A stretch of 64,000 nucleotides of DNA, from the NCBI GenBank assembly GCA_963743645.1, contig CAVUQT010000006.1:24238-88237 (forward strand), read 5' to 3'. Below, one piece after another: positions 29,617 to 40,334 of this stretch. The notes beneath the pieces are model-generated. The model was not told the DNA's origin. It made no database searches and saw nothing but the letters and a program-made list of their open reading frames with translations. How positions within the stretch are numbered: position 1 is the stretch's first letter; each line of letters begins with the position of its first letter. A program made the position numbers and the translations under genes. The stretch comes from an uncultured Solirubrobacterales bacterium. Its GTDB lineage: Bacteria; Actinomycetota; Thermoleophilia; Solirubrobacterales; Solirubrobacteraceae.

Positions 29617-30330
29617 TCAGGAGCTCAGCCGCAGGTGGACCTCGCCGGCGTCAAGCGTCGTTTGACCGCCGCCGTCGAGCGCGACCACGAGCCGCCCCTC
29701 GTCGTCGATGCCCTCGGCGCGGCCCTGTTCGAGTCCGCGTGCGGAGTCGCGCCCTCCCCAGGAGATCTCCCGCCCGCGCAGGGCGTCGCGCGCACGCCAG
29801 GCGTCGAGCACGGCCTCCGCCGGCTGCGCCAGCCGCCGCGTGAGCGCGACGAGCAGACGCGCGAGCGTGGGCTCTATCTGCGCGGGCGACTCACCCAGCG
29901 TGGCGGCGGTATCCCGCAGCTCCGCAGGCAGGTCCTCCAGCCGCACGGCGACGTTCAACCCGATGCCGATCACCGCCCAACCGTCCTGGGGGCGTCCCTC
30001 GGCGAGGATCCCCGCGAGCTTGGCCAGTCCGGCGGGTCCGACGAAGACGATGTCGTTGGGCCACTTGATCTGAGCCTCGCCACCGGCGACGTCGCAGACG
30101 GCGACGGCCGCGATCAGCGGCAGCAGCGGCGGTGCGGAGCGCAGCACGAGCGACATCAGCAGCGAGCTGTCCGGCGGCGCCGACCAGCGACGGCCCTGCC
30201 GGCCGCGCCCGGAAGTCTGCTGGGAGGCGGTGACGAGCGTTCCGTGCGGCGCTCCTGAGATCGCCAGCGCACGGGCGCGATCGTTGGTCGAGTCCAGACT
30301 ACGCAGGTGCAGGCGAGGATGACCGAGCAT
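29617..30330 (-). CDS. birA: Biotin--acetyl-CoA carboxylase ligase
   Basis: DSTN, QTSGRGRQGRRW, KWPND, KLAGIL and GIGLNV motifs. Confidence 0.95.
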   Translation of the reverse strand: MLGHPRLHLRSLDSTNDRARALAISGAPHGTLVTASQQTSGRGRQGRRWSAPPDSSLLMSLVLRSAPPLLPLIAAVAVCDVAGGEAQIKWPNDIVFVGPAGLAKLAGILAEGRPQDGWAVIGIGLNVAVRLEDLPAELRDTAATLGESPAQIEPTLARLLVALTRRLAQPAEAVLDAWRARDALRGREISWGGRDSARGLEQGRAEGIDDEGRLVVALDGGGQTTLDAGEVHLRLSS

Positions 30331-30351
30331 CGTGCACACGCACCAGTGCTA

Positions 30352-33135
30352 TCACCTCGTACGGCGTACCTCTTTGGTCGCTCGCCCATCCGCGGATGGC
30401 TGTGAGGTTGATGACTCGGCACTACCCTCCGCCGGTATGGACTCAAACCCGCTCCTGTCACCGGGTGTGGACCGCGCTTCGAGCCCGACCGACAGGTCCG
30501 GGAGCTCCTGGGTCAGGGTGAGCAGCGGCTCGAACAGGTCGCCGTGGCGCTCGACTCGCTTCATCAGCGCGCTCGGCTCGGCGCTGAGCTCGGGCTCGCG
30601 CCTGCCGCGCAGCGCTCGCTCGACCTCCTCCCAGATCAGCGGGGTGGAGATCGTGGGACGCTCGCGCGCGCGCAGCGAGTAGACGCACACTGTCGTCTTG
30701 TGCGGGTCGTTCTGGCTCCAGTCGATCAGGACCTTGCCCGTCCGCTGGTCCCTGGCCATGCGCGAGACGACGTGTCGTGGGTGATGCTTGCCCAACAGTT
30801 CGGCGACGGCGCGAGCGAACGGCTTGGTCTGCTCGTAGCCGACCCGGGTGTTGAGCGGCACATAGACCTGCAGGCCCTTTGAGCCGGATGTCTTTGCGAA
30901 CGACCGCAGTCCGAAGGTGTCGAATATCTCCTTGACCCACAGCGCGACGCGGCAGCACTCCTTCAGGCCCGCGGGCGCGCCCGGGTCGAGGTCGAACACG
31001 ATCGCGGTCGGCGTGTCCATGTCGCGTGCACGAGAGAGGCTCGTGTGCAGCTCGATGTCGGCCAGGTTGGCGGCCCAGACCAGCGTCGGCAGGTCTTCGA
31101 CCACGCAGTAGTCGATCGTCCTCCTCGATGCGCTCGCTCCAGATCGGGGCGGTGCTGACCCACGACGGGCGGTGCGTCGGGCAGCGCTTCTCGTAGAAAT
31201 ACGGCTTTCTCGACACCGTCCGGATAGCGCTTGAACGTCAGTGGCCGTCCGGCGAGATGGGGCAGCAGCACGGGCGCGATCGCCGCGTAGTAGTCGATCA
31301 GCTCGCCCTTGGTGAAGCCCGCGCGCGGGTACATGACCTTCTCGCGGTTGGTCAGCCTGAGCGTGCGCCCCTCGGCCTCGATCTCCATCGCGCGGGCGGT
31401 CTCGCGCAGGATCTCGTAGGGCCTGTCCTCCTGGGGCTTGTCCTCCTGGGGCTTGTCGCCCTGGGGCCTGTCCCCCCGGGGCAGGTCGCGATCGGATCGT
31501 CGTCCGTCTCGTCTGTGCGCTCCGCTCAGCGGCGCCGCCTTGCCGGGCGTCTTGCCTGTCCGCTTACCGGCCTGCTCAGCCGGGGCGGGGGTCTCCAGCC
31601 GTACCTTCCGCGGCGGCTTGTCCTCGCGCAGTCCCTTGTAGACGGAGTGGCGCAGGATGCGATCGCGCGTCCACTGTCGAAACTCGATCTCGGCCACGAG
31701 CTCGCGGCTCGACGAAGCGGGACTCGCGCGGCGGCTGGGTTCCCGTGAAGGGACTGGTGTCGCGCGCGCGCGCGGCCAGCTCGCCTGCCAGACGCTCGAG
31801 CTCGCGCTCGTCAAAGCCGGTGCCCACGCGACCGGCGTAGCGCAGCACCAGCGAGCGAGAGCCGTGGCCGGACTTGCCCTCGGGCTGTCCGCCGGGCTCG
31901 TAGTAGCCCATCAGCAGCGCTCCCAGCCGCCCCGCGCGAGCCCCCTTGCCGGGCAGCCAGCCGCCGATCACCAGCTCCTGGCGGTTGACGTTCTTGATCT
32001 TCAGCCAGTCGTCCGTGCGCAGGCCCGGCCGGTAGCGCGAGTCCAGGCGCTTGGCGAGCACCCCCTCCAGCCGGTGCTCGGCGGCGGCCGCCAACAGCTG
32101 GCGTCCTCTCCCCTCCGTGGTAGGCGGGTGTCTGCCAGGAGGGCCCTCTCAGCTGCAGCTGCTCGAGCAGGACGCGCCGCTGCCGGTAGGGCAGCCCCAT
32201 CGTGGCGCGACCTTCGAGATACAGCAGGTCGAAGATCACGTAGCTCACGGGCACTTCGCCCGACAGTCGCCGGATGGCGCTCGGCGAGGTGACGTGCATG
32301 CGCCGTTGCAGGCGCTCGAAGCTGGGCAGGCCCTGCTCGTCGAAGGCGACGATCTCTCCGTCGAGCACCGCCTCGCGCGAGCCCAGCTGGAGCCCGAGCG
32401 CACGCAGCTCGGGATAGCGCGCGCTGACGTCGCTGCCGTTGCGGCTCTCGAGTCGCAGTCGCCCCGACTGCCAGTAGATGATCGCCCGAACGCCGTCCCA
32501 CTTGACCTCGAACGCCCACTCCTCTTCGTCGGACAGGCAGCCGGGCGGCGCTCGCCGGCATCGGGACGAGGTGCTCGGGCATCGCCTCGCGTCGCGCTGT
32601 CCTGCGGCGGGTCCATGCGGTGGATCATCCAGTTCTTGCCGTCGGTCTGAAACAGCGCGTACTTGCCCTGCACGCGCTCGCCATGGAGGGTGACGATCAC
32701 CTCCTCGTCGCGGAACTTGTGACAGTCATAGGCGCCGGCGTCCCAGATCTGCACGCTGCCGGCGCCATAGCTGCCGGCGGGGATCTCGCCCGCGAAGTCG
32801 ATGTAGTCCAGCGGATGATCCTCGACGTGCACCGCCAGGCGGTTGGTCTTCGGGTCGAGTGGGATGCCCTTGGGAACGGCCCACGACACGAGCACCCCGT
32901 CGCGTTCGAGTCGCAGATCCCAGTGCAGGCTGCGCGCATGGTGCTCCTGCACCACAAATCGCCCTCCTCCCTGCCGGCCCTTGTCGTTCTGTCGCTTAGA
33001 CGGTTTGTCGCGCTGCCCGGCCGGTTTGCTGCGCCGCTCAGACGGTCTGTCACGTGGCCCGCCGGGCTCGGGGGTGCTGGCGAAGTCCCGTTTGGCGTCG
33101 TACTCACGCAGCGGCCGCGCGGGCATCGCGCTCAA
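30352..33135 (-). pseudogene. ligD: NHEJ DNA ligase D (phosphoesterase-ligase-polymerase), broken by six single-base frameshifts as sequenced
   Basis: PE domain: FVVQEHHARSLHWDLRLE, SWAVPKG. Ligase: EVKWDG, LDGEIV, EGVLAK, WLKIK. Polymerase: KRYPDG, FDLDPG, KTSGSKG. The domains span seven consecutive frame segments. Confidence 0.85.
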
Positions 33136-34728
33136 CGCTCGTGTCGGGTGGCGTCGCAGAGCAGCGCCCGGATCACCCCGTCGACGTCGTGAGACTCGGC
33201 CTCGAGGTGTGGCTTCAGGCCGTGCTCGCGCAGGGTCTCGCTCGTGACCGGCCCGATGGAGACGATCCGTGTCTCAGGCGAGATGCCGGCGGCGCCGGTC
33301 GCGTCGAGGAAGAAGCGGACGGTGGAGGACGAGGTGAACGTGATGTAGTCGGCCTGACGGGCGGCCATGAGCGCGCGCTCGTCGAGCGGCTCGGCGACGG
33401 TCTCATACAGCGCCAGCACGTCCACCCGCGCACCGCGCGCGCGCAAGGCGTCTGGAAGCACGTCGCGCGCCTGCAGGGCGCGCGCCACGAGGGCGTGCTG
33501 TACCGGCACGTCGACGAGCGCCGCCACGAGCGCCTCGGCGACGAAGCGCTCGGGCAGGATGTCCGCGAGCAGCCCGCGCTCGGCCAGCGCGCTTGCCGTG
33601 CCGGGGCCGATTGCCGCCACGCGCGCGCCCGCCAGCGCGCGTGCGTCGCGAGGGGGGCGATCCGCTTGTGAGAGGCGCTCGAACAGCGCGGCGACCGCGG
33701 TGGGGCTGGTGAGACAGACCAGGTCGTACGGCGCCAGGTCCGGCGCGGGTCCGGGCAACGGCACGGTGCGGATCGAGGGCGCCTGGACGACGCTCGCTCC
33801 CAGCTGCGCAAGACGGCGCGCCAGCCCGCTGGCCTGAGACCGTGCGCGAGTGACCGCGACGGTGCGTCCGGCGAGCGGCTGGGGAGCCAGCCACCGCAGG
33901 CGCTCGCCGAGCTCGACGACCGGCCCCACGACGGTGATCGAGGGGGGCGTACATCCTCCCGGCGGGCCAGCTCGGCGATGTCGTGCAGCGTCCCCGTCAC
34001 GGTGCGCTGGCCGGGGAGCGTGCCGTGTTCCACGACCGCCACGGGCTCTGAGGGGAGCGTCCGGCGGCGATCAGCGACTCCGTGATGTGCGGGAGCTGGC
34101 GCACCCCCATGTAGAACACGAGCGTCCCGGGAAACGCCGCCAGCGCAGGCCAGTCCAGCGAGGACTCGGCGCCGTCCTCCCGAGTGTGCCCGGTCACCAG
34201 CGCCACGGCGGTCGCACGACCGCGATGGGTCACGGGTATGCCGGCGTACGCCGCCGCGGCCACGCCGGATGTCACGCCGGGGACCACCTCGAACGCGATA
34301 CCGGCCTCGCGCAGCGCCAGCGCCTCCTCGCCGCCGCGTCCGAACACGAACGGGTCTCCGCCCTTCAGACGCACCACGTTCAGCCCGGCGCGGGCGCGAG
34401 CCAGCATCAGCGTCTCGATCTCCTCCTGGGGGACCGACGGACCGTTTCCCTCCTTGCCCACGAACAGCACCTCGCACCCAGCCCGCGCGCCGTCGAGCGC
34501 GGCGGCGGGGATCAGGCGGTCATAGAGGATCACGTCGGCCGCGGCGATCAGCTCCAGCGCGCGCGCGGTCAGCAGGGCGGGATCGCCGGGGCCGGCGCCC
34601 ACGAGGTAGACGCGACCCTGGTCGCCGTCCGGCCCCGAATCGCCGTCCGCGCTATCCGCGCCATGCGCGCTATCCGCGGGGGCGATCGGCGAAGTCGTGC
34701 GCTGTCCCCTCAGCTCAGATCCCGGCAA
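33132..34728 (-). CDS. cobA: Fused uroporphyrinogen-III C-methyltransferase / uroporphyrinogen-III synthase (two apparent frameshifts near 34055 and 33945)
   Basis: VYLVGAGPGDP, RLKGGDPFVFGRGGEE and VPGVTS, followed by HemD motifs VAVTRA, FTSSSTV and IGPVT. Confidence 0.88.
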
Positions 34729-35710
34729 CGGACGCCGTCTCCTCCGCGCGCAGCAGCAGCTCGCGCGCGCCCGCGGCGCTCAGGCGCTCGGCGACGCGCT
34801 GGCCGAGCGACGTCGGGTCATAGAAGCCGCCAAGCAGCTCGTCCGCCACCCAGGCCGAGCCGTCGGGCAGCCCGACCCAGGCGCGCAGCATCAGGCAGCC
34901 GCAGCCCGCGGGCGACGCGTGCGCGCCGAGGGGGGTGTGGCAGCTCGCGCCCAGCGCGCCGGCGAGCGCGCGCTCGGCGAGCAGGCAGGCGAACGTGTCG
35001 GCGTCGGTGATCGCCGCGACCGCCTCGCAGACGCGCGCGTCCTCTGTGCGTGCCTCCAGGGCGAGCGTGCCCTGTCCCGGCGCGGGGACGAACCGCGCCG
35101 GATCGAGCTCGGCGCCGATCGCGTCCTCACGACCGAGTCGCTGCAGCCCGGCGCGCGCCAGCACGATCGCTTGGAAGTCGCCCCGCGCGAGGATGCGCAG
35201 GCGCGTGTCGACGTTGCCGCCCATCGCGACCACATCCAGATCCTCGCGCGCTGCGCGCAGCTGGGCAGTGCGGCGAATGCTGCTGGTGCCCACGCGCGCG
35301 CCCGGTGGCAGGTCGTCTAGGCTGCTCGCGCCGCACAGCACGTCCTCGGCGCGCGCGCGCGCGGGCGCGCCCGCCAGCCTCAGCCCATCGGCGAGCTGGC
35401 CCGGGACATCCTTGGCCGAGTGCACGGCCAGGTCGATCGTGCCCGCCAGCAGCGCGTCCTCGATCGCGTCCACCCAGCGGCTCTTGTCGTCACCGCCCCC
35501 GGATGTGACGCCCGCGGCCCTGGTGTCGGACCCGGTGTCGTCAGTCCCCCGGTCGTCGGGGCCTGCGGGAGGCGCGTCGCCGCTGACGCGCATGACCACG
35601 GTCTCGACCTCCAGGCCGGAGCGCCGCTGGCCGAGCAGGGCGGTCACGTGCTCGGCCTGAGCGAGCGCGAGCGCGCTGCCGCGAGATCCGATGCGCAGTA
35701 GCCCGCTCAT
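34715..35710 (-). CDS. hemC: Hydroxymethylbilane synthase
   Basis: GSRGSALALAQ, AVHSAKDVP, GTSSIRR, GNVDTRL and PAPGQG motifs. Confidence 0.95.
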   Translation of the reverse strand: MSGLLRIGSRGSALALAQAEHVTALLGQRRSGLEVETVVMRVSGDAPPAGPDDRGTDDTGSDTRAAGVTSGGGDDKSRWVDAIEDALLAGTIDLAVHSAKDVPGQLADGLRLAGAPARARAEDVLCGASSLDDLPPGARVGTSSIRRTAQLRAAREDLDVVAMGGNVDTRLRILARGDFQAIVLARAGLQRLGREDAIGAELDPARFVPAPGQGTLALEARTEDARVCEAVAAITDADTFACLLAERALAGALGASCHTPLGAHASPAGCGCLMLRAWVGLPDGSAWVADELLGGFYDPTSLGQRVAERLSAAGARELLLRAEETASVAGI

Positions 35711-35722
35711 CGTGCTCCGGGG

Positions 35723-37114
35723 TCAGGACGAGCCCGAGCCGCCGGCGCGAGTGCGACGTGCGAACGGGCGCACGTTGTCGGGCACCTCGCCCATGTCCGC
35801 AGCAGGTCCGGGACGTGCGTCGAACATGTCCTCGTCGCGCAGCCCGAACAGCTCGCGCACGAGCTCGATGCTCGCGTGACCGCGCACCTCGCCGTGCGAG
35901 CGCAGGCGGATCGTGGGCTCGTGCAGCAGCCGGCTCATCACCGCCCGTGCGATCGCCTCCACGCGTGCGAGGTCGCGCGGCGAGGCCGACTCCCAGCGGC
36001 CCTCGTTCTCGGCGAGCACCTGCTCGACGAGCGCGACGCCGTGTTCGCGCAGCGCCGTCACCGTCGGCAGCACGTCGAGCTGGCCCAGCCAGCGGGCGAA
36101 GCGCTGGATCTCTTCCTCGACGATCTCCTGCGCGCGCGGGATCTCACCTGCGCGCGTGTCGAGGTTGCGCGCGACGACCGCCTGCAGGTCGTCGATGTCA
36201 TACAGGCTCACCCCCTCCAGCTCGCCGCAGCCGGGTCGATGTCGCGCGGGACGGCGATGTCGATCAGCAGGAGCGGCCCGCCGGGCGGGCGGGCGCTTAT
36301 CATTGCGATCGCGCATCACCTGGGCGAGCTCCTCGCGGCCCACGATCGGATGAGGCGAGGCGGTCGAGGAGAGCACGATGTCGGCGAGCGCGAGCTGCTC
36401 GGGCAGGCCGTCCAGGCCGACGACCGACCCGCCGAAGCGCTGGGCCAGGCTGAGCGCGCGGTCGGCGTGGCGGTTGGCGACGAAGATCGTGCCCGCGCCC
36501 TGCTCGGCGAGCGCGCGCGCGGTCAGCTCGCTCGTCTCGCCGGCGCCGAGGATCACGACGTGGCGGTTCTCCAGCGCGCCGAGCACGCTCAGCGCGAGTT
36601 CGACCGCGACCGACGGCACGCTCGCGCGGCCGGCGCCGATGCCGGTCTCCGAGCGCACGCGCTTGCCGGTCGTGAGCGCCGCGGCGAACAGCCGGTTGGA
36701 CAGCGGCCCGGTGCAACCGCCCCGCAGCGCGGCCTCGTGTGCGCGCCTGACCTGGCCCTGGATCTCGGCCTCGCCGACGATCATCGACTCCAGGCCCGCC
36801 GTCACGCGGTAGAGCTGGCGTGCCGCGTCGCAGTTGCGCGGCGAATAGATCATCTCCGCGAGCTCGGTCGGGCGGATGTCGGCGCGCTGGGCGAGCAGGC
36901 CGAGCACGTCGCCCTCGGCGCGCACCGAGTCTCCGACCACCAGGTAGATCTCGGTGCGGTTGCACGTCGAGATCACGACCGCCTCGCGCACCTCGATGCT
37001 CGCGAGCGCGGATTCGGCGAGCTCGCGCGCCTGCGGCTCGGTGAACGCGAGCCGCTCGCGCAGCGCGACGGGCGCCGTCTTGTGTGAGACGCCGAGCGCC
37101 AGCAGCTCGCTCAT
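35723..37114 (-). CDS. hemA: Glutamyl-tRNA reductase (compensating indel pair near 36235-36290)
   Basis: GVSHKTAP, STCNRTE, GEAEIQGQV and GAGET motifs. The conserved LIDIAVPRDID is present only in an alternative frame. Confidence 0.93.
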   Translation of the reverse strand: MSELLALGVSHKTAPVALRERLAFTEPQARELAESALASIEVREAVVISTCNRTEIYLVVGDSVRAEGDVLGLLAQRADIRPTELAEMIYSPRNCDAARQLYRVTAGLESMIVGEAEIQGQVRRAHEAALRGGCTGPLSNRLFAAALTTGKRVRSETGIGAGRASVPSVAVELALSVLGALENRHVVILGAGETSELTARALAEQGAGTIFVANRHADRALSLAQRFGGSVVGLDGLPEQLALADIVLSSTASPHPIVGREELAQVMRDRNDKRPPARRAAPADRHRRPARHRPGCGELEGVSLYDIDDLQAVVARNLDTRAGEIPRAQEIVEEEIQRFARWLGQLDVLPTVTALREHGVALVEQVLAENEGRWESASPRDLARVEAIARAVMSRLLHEPTIRLRSHGEVRGHASIELVRELFGLRDEDMFDARPGPAADMGEVPDNVRPFARRTRAGGSGSS

Positions 37115-37345
37115 GCCGGTCTCGCGCTCCCTGGCCTGTCGCTCGGGGGTCTGCTCCGGCGGTGAGGGCTCGTCACGGGCGCGCAGCTCGTGCAGCCGGC
37201 GTTCCACGCGGGTGAGGCGGATCGCCATGATCGCCACGTAGACGAGCACGATCACCAGGAACACGATGTACGCGGCGGCCACGTACCCGGAGCGCCCGTA
37301 TCGGACGGGAGGGTGCTCGCGGGCTGGGGCGCGAGCGAGGGTCAT
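37111..37345 (-). CDS. ccmD: CcmD-like small membrane protein (in frame with hemA as sequenced)
   Basis: YVAAAYIVF... single TM plus charged tail. ATG overlaps the ccmC stop. Confidence 0.6.
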
Positions 37346-38034
37346 CGGTAGCCGAGGATCCTGCTGCGGGACTTGAGCATGATGCGCGTGCGCTTGGCGG
37401 CCAGCTCGTATGAGCACAGCGTCGCGAACAGCAGCGCCATGGCGACGAGCGACACGAAAAACGTCAGCCGCATCGGGCCGGGCAGGTTAGAGGAGCTGCC
37501 GAGCACGCGCGGGTGCAGGTAGGAGGTGGACAGGCGCACAGCGAGGAAGTTCAGCGGCACGAACGCGCCGGCGACGATCGCGAACACCGACGCGTAACGG
37601 GCCTGGCGCTCGGGGTCCTCGATCGCGAATCGCAGCGGCTGGTAGGTCGCGTACAGCAGCATGACGATCAAGAACGACACGAGCGTGGGCTCGCTCCACA
37701 CCCACCAGTGCCCCCACGAGCCGCGAGCCCAGATCGAGCCCGTCAGCAGCACGGCGACGCCGAAGATGAGGCTCATGTGGATCGTCACGTACGAGCGCAG
37801 GTCCCAGCGCGCCTCGCGCGTGCGCAGGTGCGCGACGGCCATGATCCCGCCGAGCACGAACCCGCACAGCGACACGATCGCCAGAGGCACGTGCAGGTAG
37901 AAGATCTTCTGCAGAAACCCTTCTTCGAGTTCGATCGGCGCGTAGAAGAACACCAGCGCAAGCGCGAGGCCCATGATGGCGACCGTGGCGAAGCTCAGTG
38001 AGCGCAGGCTCCGTCCGTTCAGTGGGACTCTCAA
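37342..38034 (-). CDS. ccmC: Heme exporter / cytochrome c biogenesis protein CcmC
   Basis: IFYLHVP, Trp-rich TGSIWARGSWGHWWVWSEP, and LHP motifs. Confidence 0.9.
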   Translation of the reverse strand: MRVPLNGRSLRSLSFATVAIMGLALALVFFYAPIELEEGFLQKIFYLHVPLAIVSLCGFVLGGIMAVAHLRTREARWDLRSYVTIHMSLIFGVAVLLTGSIWARGSWGHWWVWSEPTLVSFLIVMLLYATYQPLRFAIEDPERQARYASVFAIVAGAFVPLNFLAVRLSTSYLHPRVLGSSSNLPGPMRLTFFVSLVAMALLFATLCSYELAAKRTRIMLKSRSRILGYR

Positions 38035-38036
38035 GG

Positions 38037-38711
38037 TCAGTCCTCCAGCAGGAAGTCGAACACGGCGTAGGCGATCAGCCCGAACACCAGATCATAGAGC
38101 CCCAACAGCGCCAGCCAGCGCCCGCCGAGACTCCCCGCATGGCCGGCGGCCAGCAGCGGCGAGCTGGCGCGGGCGGCGCCGATCACGACCGGCACGAGCA
38201 GCGGCAGCGCCAGCAGCGGCCCGAGCAGGTCGCGCGCGCGGGTGCGGACCGCCAGCGCCGCGATCAGCGTGCCGATCAGCGCGATCCCGATGTCGGCGAG
38301 CACGAGCACCGCCAGCAGTCCCGGCAGCGCCTGGCCGAGCGGCGGCCCGAGCAGCAAAAGGCCGAACGCCGGCACCGCGACCAGCTCCAGCACCGCGAGA
38401 TAGGCGAGCAGCGCGAGCGCCTTCGACAGCAGCATGGCGGTGCGGTCCACCGGCGCGAGCAGAAACCCGTCGAACCCGCCCTGCTCGGCGTCGGCGACGA
38501 ACAGCCGGTTGACGCCGAGCATCGCCGCGAACAGCAGCGTCACCCACAGCACCCCCGCGGCCAGGTCGCCGTCCACCGTGGCTCGCTGCAGGGCGAAGTG
38601 AAAAACCACGAGCGTGCTGACCGCGAACAGCGACATCCCCGGGACCGACTCCAGCGTGCGCAGCTCGACCAGCAGCTCCTTGCGCAGCAGCGCGCCGACG
38701 GTGCGTCTCAC
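38037..38711 (-). CDS. ccmB: Heme exporter permease CcmB
   Basis: KELLVELR, GVLWV and LPLLVPV motifs, with 6 TM. Confidence 0.9.
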   Translation of the reverse strand: MRRTVGALLRKELLVELRTLESVPGMSLFAVSTLVVFHFALQRATVDGDLAAGVLWVTLLFAAMLGVNRLFVADAEQGGFDGFLLAPVDRTAMLLSKALALLAYLAVLELVAVPAFGLLLLGPPLGQALPGLLAVLVLADIGIALIGTLIAALAVRTRARDLLGPLLALPLLVPVVIGAARASSPLLAAGHAGSLGGRWLALLGLYDLVFGLIAYAVFDFLLED

Positions 38712-39442
38712 CGGTACAGCTCTGCGATCTCATCGGAATCGACGTCGGCGGCGGCACGTAGCAGCGCCGGCCGCCCGTCACGCAGGCCGAGCACGACATC
38801 GGCCTCGGCGAGACCGCCCGTCGGGTCGTGGCTGGAGATCACACGAGTGCGCTCCGAGCTGCGGCCGATCAGCGGATCGACCAGCTCGATCGCCGCCGGA
38901 TCGAGGTTCGCTCGAGGCTCGTCCAGCAGCAGCAGCGCCGGGTCGTGCAGCACCGCGCGGGCGACCGCCACACGTTGGACGATTCCGCGCGAGAGCGTTC
39001 GCAGGGGCTCGTCCGCGCGGCCGTCGATCCCGACCGTCCGCAGCAGCTCCTCGACCCGGTCCGGCTCGACACGGTGCAGACGGGCATGAAACCGCAGGTT
39101 CTCGCGCGGTGTCAGCTCCCGGTACAGCAGCGGCTCGTGCCCGAGCAGGCCGACCCTGCCACGCACCTGCCAGGCATCGTCGGGCAGGCTCCTGTCAAAG
39201 ATGCGCACGCTGCCCGAGTGCGGGCGCAGCAGTGTGGCAAGCACGCGCAGCAGCGTCGTCTTGCCCGCGCCGTTCGGGCCGAACACGACCAGCGTCTGGC
39301 CCTTTTCCAGCGACAGCGACACGTCGGCCAATGCCTCACGTTCGCCATAGGAGCGCGCGAGCCCTTCGGTCCGCAGCACCTCGCCCGACGTTCGTCGGCC
39401 GGGCTCGGCGCTGATCGTCGTCTGGCCGGCGCCGTCGGTCAT
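38708..39442 (-). CDS. ccmA: Heme exporter ATP-binding protein CcmA
   Basis: GPNGAGKT, LGHEPLLY.ELT..ENL, LSRG and LLLDEP motifs. Confidence 0.88.
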   Translation of the reverse strand: MTDGAGQTTISAEPGRRTSGEVLRTEGLARSYGEREALADVSLSLEKGQTLVVFGPNGAGKTTLLRVLATLLRPHSGSVRIFDRSLPDDAWQVRGRVGLLGHEPLLYRELTPRENLRFHARLHRVEPDRVEELLRTVGIDGRADEPLRTLSRGIVQRVAVARAVLHDPALLLLDEPRANLDPAAIELVDPLIGRSSERTRVISSHDPTGGLAEADVVLGLRDGRPALLRAAADVDSDEIAELYR

Positions 39443-39459
39443 GAGGATGGTCCGCGGAC

Positions 39460-40131
39460 TCAGGCGCTGACGGTCGCGGGCGCGTGCTCGCGTTGCGCCT
39501 GTGCGATCAGCTCGCGCACCGCCCGCTCGTCATCGGCGCGCAGCAGCTCGATCGGGTCGGGGGCTGCGCCGACGATCGACTCGAAGAACTCCTTGCGGTC
39601 CTGGTAGGTCGGCAGCGTCGCCTTGGCCCAGCCGCGTACCTCGTTGAGCAGCACTGCCAGTCGCGCGTACGGCTCACCGTACTGGCCGGCGATCTCGCGC
39701 TTCATCCGCTTGGCCAGCGCCGGCGACGCGCCCGCCGTGGATATGGCGATCGCCAGCGGCCCGGTGCGCACGATCGCGGGCAGGATGAAGTTGCACAGCG
39801 GCGGCACGTCCACCACGTTGACGAGCATCGCGCGACGCTCGGCGTCGTCGTAGACGGCGATGTTCACGTCCGTGTCGTCGGTCGCGGCGATCGCCATGAA
39901 CACGCCCTCCAGGTCCTCAGGCCCGGCGTATGAGCGCTGCTCCCAGCGGATGGATCCCTCGCGGGCGTAGTCGGCCAGCGCGGGCAGCGCCCGGGGCGCG
40001 ATCAGCGTCACCGCGCCGCCGCACGCCAGCAAGCCGTCGACCTTCTCCAGCCCGATCTCGCCGCCTCCCACGACCACGCACCGGCGCCCGCTCAGCCGCA
40101 GGCAGGCGATGTAAAAGGGGGTGTCGAGCAT
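39460..40131 (-). CDS. Precorrin-2 dehydrogenase / sirohydrochlorin ferrochelatase (CysG N-terminal, SirC/Met8)
   Basis: [23 protein letters not shown] and ISTAGASP motifs. The real start is ATG 40131. Confidence 0.92.
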   Translation of the reverse strand: MLDTPFYIACLRLSGRRCVVVGGGEIGLEKVDGLLACGGAVTLIAPRALPALADYAREGSIRWEQRSYAGPEDLEGVFMAIAATDDTDVNIAVYDDAERRAMLVNVVDVPPLCNFILPAIVRTGPLAIAISTAGASPALAKRMKREIAGQYGEPYARLAVLLNEVRGWAKATLPTYQDRKEFFESIVGAAPDPIELLRADDERAVRELIAQAQREHAPATVSA

Positions 40132-40334
40132 GCCCTGGACGCAGCTCTGGTCGCAGATGTCGCGACGCAGCTGACACACACACTCCTTGCCGGCGTAGGC
40201 CTGGGCTGGCATGCGCTCAAGGTTAGCCGTCCTCGTGTTTGGGTCGCATGTCTGACCACGATGGGCCACGCCAAGAAGCTCGGGGTGTGCTGAAGGGGAT
40301 GGGGCCGCATGCTTTACAAAAGCTGATGGTCTGG

